A DNA stretch of 20,599 bases from a bacterium (GTDB lineage: Bacteria; Arandabacterota; Arandabacteria; Arandabacterales; JALGWA01), in assembly GCA_050125095.1 (NCBI GenBank), contig JASFEA010000043.1, positions 1 through 20,599 of the forward strand, read 5' to 3'. Positions 14,928-20,599 of this stretch are shown here, piece by piece (position 1 is the stretch's first letter; each line of letters opens with the position of its first letter). The translations under genes and the position numbers were made by a program. The notes under the pieces were generated by a model that ran no database searches, was not told the origin of the DNA, and saw only the letters and a program-made list of their open reading frames with translations.

Positions 14928-15766
14928 GCTTGGAAGCGAGAATTCCGCCCGGTGTGCATGCTCCATTTCTGGAGGAAGGCGCGGCCCTCACAGGGGATAA
15001 CCTGGAGAAGCAGGAGAGCGAATTCGCCGCATTGCTACATGAGTTCATGGAAAGGGCCGCCGGTCACGGCGCCACCGTCAGGGTCATCGGGTCTCTGGCC
15101 TTCCGGCTTAAATGCCCGGATTACAAATACATCCAGTACGACAACGGCCGCTATCTCACCGACATCGACTTCGTCACGTATTCCCGGGACATAGCCGGCG
15201 TTCAGGACATGTTCGCCGGCATGGGCTGGGAAGAGAACATGAATGTGCTGCGTCTCTTCGGTGACAAGAGGAGGATATTCTACCATCCCTCGCTCCCCCT
15301 TCATTCGGACATCTTCCTCGACAAACTCCGCTTCTGCCACGAGATAGACTTCAGGGAAAGACTGGAACTGGAAAGCCCCACCATAACCCTCATAGACCTC
15401 CTCCTGGAAAAACTCCAGATCGTTCAGATTAATCGCAAGGACCTCGTGGATCTGATGGTGCTTCTCAGCCAATACCCGGTGGACAGGGAACCGGGCGCCA
15501 CGGACAGCATAGACGGTTCCAGGCTGGCGGCGCTTTGCGGCCGCGACTGGGGCTGGTGGCGCACCGCCACAATGAACCTTCGCAAGGCCAATGAGTTCGC
15601 GGGAGACTTCATCTCCGGTGAGGACGCCCGGAGAGTGAGAGATAGACTGGACATCCTGGCGGCCATGGTGGAGGCCGAACCAAAAGGCCTTGGCTGGAGG
15701 ATCCGCTCGGCAATAGGCGACAGGATGCGCTGGTACAGGGAAGTAGAAGAAGTCGAAAGGGACTGA
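14909..15766 (+). CDS. Uncharacterised Pol-beta superfamily nucleotidyltransferase
   Basis: hGS motif (RVIGSLA), DxD (TDIDF), a third acidic residue (SDIFLD), and a helical C-terminal KLQI..INRKD..D. The start is uncertain (GTG 14909, TTG 14930 or GTG 14954). Confidence 0.7.
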   Translation: MESRGLSLEARIPPGVHAPFLEEGAALTGDNLEKQESEFAALLHEFMERAAGHGATVRVIGSLAFRLKCPDYKYIQYDNGRYLTDIDFVTYSRDIAGVQDMFAGMGWEENMNVLRLFGDKRRIFYHPSLPLHSDIFLDKLRFCHEIDFRERLELESPTITLIDLLLEKLQIVQINRKDLVDLMVLLSQYPVDREPGATDSIDGSRLAALCGRDWGWWRTATMNLRKANEFAGDFISGEDARRVRDRLDILAAMVEAEPKGLGWRIRSAIGDRMRWYREVEEVERD

Positions 15767-15773
15767 CCGCAGT

Positions 15774-17267
15774 CTAGCCCAGGAGCCGCTGGGCCCCGTA
15801 GAAGCACTTCTTGGAATACACGATGGGATAGGAGCGGAGGTTGGCCATGCTGATAAGGGCCCTCCGGCCCAGAAAGCCGATGGCGCTCGGAAACGTTCTC
15901 CACACATAGCTGATATTCTGGATCGCCTTCCTGGGCCGCATATAGAAGGATCTATAGGCCGCAATCTGAATCCGTATCAGCTCATCAGGAGTCACATGAT
16001 CCATCTCTATCACGGGGTGCAGACCCGAGTACATACCCCAGTCATCGGTGAGAAGGCGGTCCTTCATTTTCTCGAAGGTCTTGGAGCCGGGGTACGGGGT
16101 CAGCAACGAGAACTGGGCCCTGCGCGGATCCAGCCGCTTTGCGAAGTCTATTGTCTCCATCATCATCTGCTTTGTCTCATGGGGCGCGCCGAGTATAAAG
16201 GCACCCGTCACTTCGACCCCGTTTTTCCTGAGGATCTCCATGGCTTTGAAAGAGTCATCGACCTGTGCTTTCTTGCCGTACCCATCCAGAGCCTCCTGGC
16301 TGCCGCTCTCAAAGCCTATGAAGGTCCACCTGAGACCGGCCCGCGCCATTGCCCGGACCATGTCCGGATTCTCGACTATTGTATCTACGCGGGTCATACC
16401 GCCCCAGATGATGTCCCACCCCCGGGCCAGGATCTTCTCGGAGAGCTCTATGGCCCGGCCGGGGTTCAGCGTGAGGTTGTCATCTACGAATGAAATCGCG
16501 CGATAGCCGTATTTACTTTGCAGCAGCTCCACCTCGGCAAGAATGTTGTCCGCGGACCTCGCCCGCCAGCGGACGCCGAAAAAGCGCGAGGACGAACAGA
16601 ATTCGCATTTGAAGGGACAGCCCCTGGATGTAACCACCGTAGTGCTGAGTCGCCCGTTCATCCTCTCCTTATAGAGATTCATGGGCAATAGGTCCCTGGC
16701 CGGGAAGGGGAGAGCGTCAAGATCTCTGATGAACGGGGCGTCGGGTGTCCTGCGGACTTCGCCGTCTTCCATATACGAGACGCCCCTGACGTCTTCGAGG
16801 GCTCTCTTGTTCTGGAGGAATTCCACAAGCGACAGAAGTGAGTATTCGCCCTCATTCCGGACGACGTAATCTACCGCTCCTGTCTCCAGGGCGTCTGCGT
16901 CCTGGAAGCTGACGTGAGGCCCGCCCATCACCACCACGGCGCCCTGCTCTCTGGCGAGCCTGGCGATTTCAAGGGATTGCGGGTATCTTGACGTATCGAC
17001 TGAAATGCCAACGAGATCGAATTCCCCGTACGGGTACCTGGACCAGTGCTGCGTCTCTACGGCGAAGTCGACTATACTTACCTGGCAATGGTCCCTGAGA
17101 ACGGCGGCGATATAGGCCAGGCCCAGAGGGGGGCGGCTTATGCCCAGGATCCCGTAGGAGAAGCCGCCGTGGGGATTGACCAGCAGCACCTTTGAAACGT
17201 CTCTGGGCATTCTGGCGGAGCCTACCTCAAGATCGGCCGCGCAGGCGGCATCCGGAATCGATTTCAT
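15774..17267 (-). CDS. B12-binding domain radical SAM protein (class B methyltransferase-like)
   Basis: N-terminal PPLGLAYIAA and GGPHVS; SRGCPFKCEFC (CxxxCxxC); FVDDN, IGFESG, FILGAP and LTPYPGS. The start is uncertain (17291, 17267 or 17210). Confidence 0.9.
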   Translation of the reverse strand: MKSIPDAACAADLEVGSARMPRDVSKVLLVNPHGGFSYGILGISRPPLGLAYIAAVLRDHCQVSIVDFAVETQHWSRYPYGEFDLVGISVDTSRYPQSLEIARLAREQGAVVVMGGPHVSFQDADALETGAVDYVVRNEGEYSLLSLVEFLQNKRALEDVRGVSYMEDGEVRRTPDAPFIRDLDALPFPARDLLPMNLYKERMNGRLSTTVVTSRGCPFKCEFCSSSRFFGVRWRARSADNILAEVELLQSKYGYRAISFVDDNLTLNPGRAIELSEKILARGWDIIWGGMTRVDTIVENPDMVRAMARAGLRWTFIGFESGSQEALDGYGKKAQVDDSFKAMEILRKNGVEVTGAFILGAPHETKQMMMETIDFAKRLDPRRAQFSLLTPYPGSKTFEKMKDRLLTDDWGMYSGLHPVIEMDHVTPDELIRIQIAAYRSFYMRPRKAIQNISYVWRTFPSAIGFLGRRALISMANLRSYPIVYSKKCFYGAQRLLG

Positions 17268-17476
17268 GAAATTGCTTTCCCTGCTCCCCACCCCATCGTC
17301 AAGGGGTCATAGATAGAAGCTTTAACGAGAGAGTAGCACCCCGGCCGAATCGAGGCAAGAAAATAACGACAGGGAATTTACAGCCGCCATTTGCTGAGAC
17401 AGCCCGCCGACTCAGCGGGCGCAGGTGAACGGCCGCCGGCGTTTCCGGTACAACCCGGGTCAGGGAAACTGGCGGT

Positions 17477-17505
17477 TTGACATAGAGGCCGTTTCGCAAT
17501 ATAGT
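17477..17505 (+). promoter_or_regulatory. Near-consensus sigma70 promoter of the glyA-DUF1847 operon
   Basis: TTGACA (17477-17482), 17-bp spacer, TATAGT (17500-17505). Confidence 0.7.
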
Positions 17506-17534
17506 CTCGGTTGGCCTCAAACCTTGAATTACGC

Positions 17535-17560
17535 GCAATCACAGGCAATCACAAGCAATG
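17535..17560 (+). repeat. Short 10-bp-period direct repeat in the glyA leader
   Basis: GCAATCACAG-GCAATCACAA-GCAATG, abutting the GGAGGG RBS. Confidence 0.6.
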
Positions 17561-17569
17561 GAGGGAATC

Positions 17570-19021
17570 ATGTCAGACCTCAAGGCCAAGCTCGGGAACG
17601 TGCTTTCGAGGACGGTGGAGAATAACCTCTGGCGCCAGCGCAGGTGCTTCAACCTCATCCCGTCCGAGACCACGCCCAGCCTGCTGGTAAAGATGTGCGA
17701 GATCTCGGATCCGGCGGGCCGCTACGCCGAGCACCGCACCATGAAGGGCAAGGAGATCTATTTCTACCAGGGAATCGACTTCATTCGCGATGTCGAGGAG
17801 GAGTGCCGTGACGCCATAAGGGAATACTTCGGCTGCGAGGAGGCCGAGCTCCGCACCATAAGCGGCCAGATGGCCAACGAGGTCGTCTTCAAGGCCATGG
17901 CCAGGTGGAAGTCGTCGCCCAAGGAAGGCGTCATGCGCCGCATGCGGCTCGTCATGAACAACGACCTGACCAAGGGCGGCCACCTGAGCTCGCAGCCCAT
18001 GGGGGCGCTGTTCAACTACGTCGACATGGACGCCGAGACCCACAGGGAAGCCGTTGTCAACTTTCCCATCCGCTCCGACAACCTCTACAAGATAGACGCC
18101 GACCGCATGGTGGAGCTCATAAAGGAGCGCAGGCCCGACCTCATCGTCTTCGGAAAGAGCATGTTCATATATCCCGAGCCCGTTAAGGAAGCTTTCGAGG
18201 CCTGCAAAGACCTCGACCCCAGGCCGGTGATCATGTTCGACATGGCCCATGTGCTGGGGCTTTACGGGGCCTTTCAGGAGCCGCTGGCCGAGGGCGCCGA
18301 CCTGGTGACGGGGAGCACTCACAAGACTTTTTTCGGGCCCCAGCGCGGAGTGGTGGTGAGCAACATGGTGAAGGGCTCGGACTTCCGCAAGGTGTGGATC
18401 GAGATAAAGGGCAGGGCCTTCCCCGGCTCTACCAGCAACCACCACCTCGGGACGCTGCTGGCGCTGCTCGTGGCCACATACGAGATGAACCACTTCAAGC
18501 AGGCCTACCAGGAGCAGGTGCGCAAGAACGCCAGGGCCTTCGCGAAGGCTCTCGTGGACGCCGGCATCGCCGTCGAAGGCGACCCGGCCGACGGCTACAC
18601 CCAGACCCATCAGGTGCTGCTCCGCGTCAAGGAGCACGGCCTCGGGGACGAGATCGCGCGGAGGCTCGAGGAGAACAATATCGTATGCAATTACCAGGCG
18701 CTCGCCGATGACGAGACCTTCCTGGAGCCGAGCGGCCTGCGCACGGGAGTCCAGGAGATGACGCGCTTCGGCATGGTGGAAGCGGACTTCGGGCCGCTGG
18801 CCGAGTTCATCGCCGACGTCGTGATCAAGAACAAGAACGTCGGGGATGAGGTCACGGCCTACCGTCAGAAGTTCCTCGAGATGAAGTTCTGCCTCCCGCC
18901 CCAGGACTCGGCCGAGCTCGGGGCGACGGTCCTGGAGTCGGTATTCCCCAAGAGCGGGTATGCGGCCAAGTTCGCCGGGAACATGCTCAAGGTAGCGGGG
19001 CGCATCCAGGAGGGCAAATAG
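17570..19021 (+). CDS. glyA: Serine hydroxymethyltransferase-family PLP enzyme (archaeal-like variant)
   Basis: LIPSE, RYAE...FYQG, SGQMAN, GGHLS, DMAHVLG, GSTHKT (PLP Lys), FPGSTSNHH and SGLRTG..E.TRFG. GGAGGG RBS precedes ATG 17570. Confidence 0.85.
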   Translation: MSDLKAKLGNVLSRTVENNLWRQRRCFNLIPSETTPSLLVKMCEISDPAGRYAEHRTMKGKEIYFYQGIDFIRDVEEECRDAIREYFGCEEAELRTISGQMANEVVFKAMARWKSSPKEGVMRRMRLVMNNDLTKGGHLSSQPMGALFNYVDMDAETHREAVVNFPIRSDNLYKIDADRMVELIKERRPDLIVFGKSMFIYPEPVKEAFEACKDLDPRPVIMFDMAHVLGLYGAFQEPLAEGADLVTGSTHKTFFGPQRGVVVSNMVKGSDFRKVWIEIKGRAFPGSTSNHHLGTLLALLVATYEMNHFKQAYQEQVRKNARAFAKALVDAGIAVEGDPADGYTQTHQVLLRVKEHGLGDEIARRLEENNIVCNYQALADDETFLEPSGLRTGVQEMTRFGMVEADFGPLAEFIADVVIKNKNVGDEVTAYRQKFLEMKFCLPPQDSAELGATVLESVFPKSGYAAKFAGNMLKVAGRIQEGK

Positions 19022-19023
19022 CC

Positions 19024-19608
19024 ATGAAGTGCGCCTACTGCGACAATAAAGAATGCACCTCGGGCAAAGACTGCACGGGCAAGGCGAGAGATGTAAAGGG
19101 GCTTTACAAGGACGAGGTCCTTGACATCGCGCGCATCGCTTCCCGAACCGAAGCCAGGTACTACATGAAAGAGCCCCGCATCGTGGAGATCATCGAGTTC
19201 GCCAAGGCCATGGGATATAAGAAAATAGGCATCGCATTCTGCATAGGGCTCTCGAGGGAGGCCGAGACCGTCCACTCGATTCTGAAGCAACACTTCGAGG
19301 TCTATTCGGTCTGCTGCAAGGTATGCGGCATCGCCAAGAAGGACTTCAACTTCGAGACCATAACGGATAATCCCGAGGAGGTCATGTGTAACCCGGCCGG
19401 CCAGGCCGCAATGCTCAATGACAAGGGCACGGACCTCAATCTCATCGTGGGGCTTTGCATCGGGCACGATATAGTCTTCACGAAAGTGTCGGAAGCGCCC
19501 GTGTCGACGCTGGTGGTCAAGGACAGGGTGCTGGCGCATAATCCCTGCGGGGCGATTTACTCGAGGTACTATCTTCGCAGGCTCGGGCCCGACCTCGTAA
19601 AAGACTAG
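19024..19608 (+). CDS. DUF1847 family Cys-rich (probable metal-binding) protein
   Basis: N-terminal CxxC..C..C, then RIVEIIEFAK, GIAFCIGL, VCCKVCG, MCNPAGQA, GLCIGHD and VKDRVLAHNP. It starts 2 nt after the glyA stop. Confidence 0.85.
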   Translation: MKCAYCDNKECTSGKDCTGKARDVKGLYKDEVLDIARIASRTEARYYMKEPRIVEIIEFAKAMGYKKIGIAFCIGLSREAETVHSILKQHFEVYSVCCKVCGIAKKDFNFETITDNPEEVMCNPAGQAAMLNDKGTDLNLIVGLCIGHDIVFTKVSEAPVSTLVVKDRVLAHNPCGAIYSRYYLRRLGPDLVKD

Positions 19609-19632
19609 GCGGGCACCGGGCGGGCGGATTCC

Positions 19633-19878
19633 TCAGGCGGCGGGGCCTGAGGGCTTGTCCTTATCCTTCTCCGTCTCGGGAGGCGGCGCCTCGGTCTTGG
19701 CGGCGGCGTCCTCAGCCTTTGCTTCATCTCCCTCGCCGCGCATGCCCTTCTTGAACTCGCGCGTGCCCGACCCCAGCGAGCGCATGAGCTCGGGGATCCT
19801 GCGGGCGCCGAAGAGAAGCAGGATCACGGCCGCTATGAGGATGATCTCCGTGGTGCCTATTCTAAGTAGTGGTAGCAG
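19633..19878 (-). CDS. tatA: Twin-arginine translocase subunit TatA/E
   Basis: [39 protein letters not shown] followed by a charged tail. The frame extends upstream of the track start to CTG 19878, which has AGGGGG 7 nt upstream. Confidence 0.88.
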   Translation of the reverse strand: MLPLLRIGTTEIILIAAVILLLFGARRIPELMRSLGSGTREFKKGMRGEGDEAKAEDAAAKTEAPPPETEKDKDKPSGPAA

Positions 19879-19952
19879 TTTACTGCCCCCTGTTTGAGTT
19901 CACTCTATCAGTATCTTCACTCCAACTCCCTCCCGGGTCAACCTTTTTTCGA

Positions 19953-20039
19953 GGGGTCAGGTCTCGAAATGCACAAGAGCCTGGGGTCAGGTCTTGAAAT
20001 GCACAATCTCGAGGCAGCCCGGACCCGCACCTGAACCCC
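19953..20039. repeat. REP-like extragenic repeat cluster
   Basis: GGGGTCAGGTCTYGAAATGCACAA occurs twice (19953-19976 and 19983-20006, one mismatch), plus an imperfect inverted copy ACCTGAACCCC at 20029-20039. Confidence 0.65.
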
Positions 20040-20072
20040 ATAAGAACTTCGATTTGGCGGGCTTTCTTCCTG

Positions 20073-20101
20073 TTGACGAGTATCCACCCTTTTGATATGT
20101 T
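20073..20101 (+). promoter_or_regulatory. Putative sigma70 promoter of transketolase
   Basis: TTGACG (20073-20078), 17-bp spacer, TATGTT (20096-20101) with an extended TG. Confidence 0.55.
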
Positions 20102-20173
20102 TATCCGGCAGCCGGGGGGCCTCCCTCTGGCTTAACTCATGTAATCGCGAAGGGACTCACGGGGGGAAAAGGT

Positions 20174-20599
20174 ATGCCTATCATCGACTCCAAGTCGGGA
20201 AATGTCGTCAAGGATTACTCCATCGCCGAACTCGAGGAGGCCGCCAATCGCATGCGCGGCTACAACCTCATATCGCTCGCCTGCGCCAGGTCCGGGCACT
20301 CGGGCGGGACGCTGTCCGTCATGGACGTAGCGGCGGCCCTATATCTCAAGGTTGCCAGGCACGACCCCAAAGACGCCTTCTGGGAAGGGCGCGACCGCAT
20401 CATCTGGTCCTCGGGCCACAAGGCGCCGGCGCTCTACATCGCCCTCGGCATGGCGGGGTACTTCCCAGTCGAGGAAGTGGCCAAGCTCCGCAAGCTATAC
20501 GCCCCCTACCAGGGCCACCCGCACTGGCTCAAGCTCGACGGCGTCGAGGCTTCAACCGGCTCGCTGGGCCAGGGCCTTTCCATCGCCAATGGCATAGCC
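20174..20599 (+). CDS. tkt: Transketolase, N-terminal TPP-binding part; runs off the right edge
   Basis: Not in the track because it has no stop. Manual translation: MPIIDSKSGNVVKDYSIAELEEAANRMRGYNLISLACARSGHSGGTLS...RDRIIWSSGHKAPALY...YQGHPHW...VEASTGSLGQGLSIANGIA. Confidence 0.9.
   Translation, partial: MPIIDSKSGNVVKDYSIAELEEAANRMRGYNLISLACARSGHSGGTLSVMDVAAALYLKVARHDPKDAFWEGRDRIIWSSGHKAPALYIALGMAGYFPVEEVAKLRKLYAPYQGHPHWLKLDGVEASTGSLGQGLSIANGIA

Noticed and set aside
13977-15766. CBASS/CD-NTase or AbiE-type phage defence interpretation
   Set aside because: No Cap-type effector, no E1/E2/JAB/HORMA genes and no HTH antitoxin nearby, and the context is metabolic. Not formally excluded without an HMM search.
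17292-17569. Glycine, ZTP, THF or cobalamin riboswitch in the radical SAM / glyA intergenic region
   Set aside because: No recognisable consensus on either strand. The glyA promoter leaves only about 60 nt of leader. An Rfam scan would be decisive.
19953-20006. Possible mini CRISPR array
   Set aside because: Only two repeats separated by 6 nt, far too short for a spacer, and no cas genes.
20111-20130. Hairpin GCCGGGGGG...CCCTCTGGC in the transketolase leader as a TPP riboswitch
   Set aside because: It lacks the conserved UGAGA and other TPP aptamer elements, and the leader is short. More likely a simple 5' stem-loop.

Overview
A gene-dense, GC-rich bacterial window. A diderm, FCB-like lineage is inferred from a PNPFN-type C-terminal sorting tail and a DUF3078-like outer-membrane protein. 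From left to right it holds: a decayed subtilase (S8) fragment running off the left edge; a coupled bpsA-speD pair (branched-chain polyamine synthase and SAM decarboxylase); glutamine-dependent nadE; an AI-2E transporter; a DUF3078-like protein; a secreted type I pullulanase with two CBM41-like repeats; a six-gene + strand run (alanine racemase, GNAT, ornithine/lysine-racemase-like PLP enzyme, APC permease, metallophosphoesterase, Pol-beta-type nucleotidyltransferase); a B12-binding radical SAM; an archaeal-like SHMT with a DUF1847 partner; tatA with a probable CTG start; a short REP-like repeat; and the 5' part of a transketolase. No rRNA, tRNA, CRISPR array or transposase was seen. The best candidates for an undescribed system are the APC permease + metallophosphoesterase + nucleotidyltransferase module, possibly linked to the upstream double-racemase/GNAT unit, and the bpsA-speD pair, whose SpeD has Ser in place of the conserved catalytic Cys. 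All calls come from motif recognition by eye; no database searches were run.
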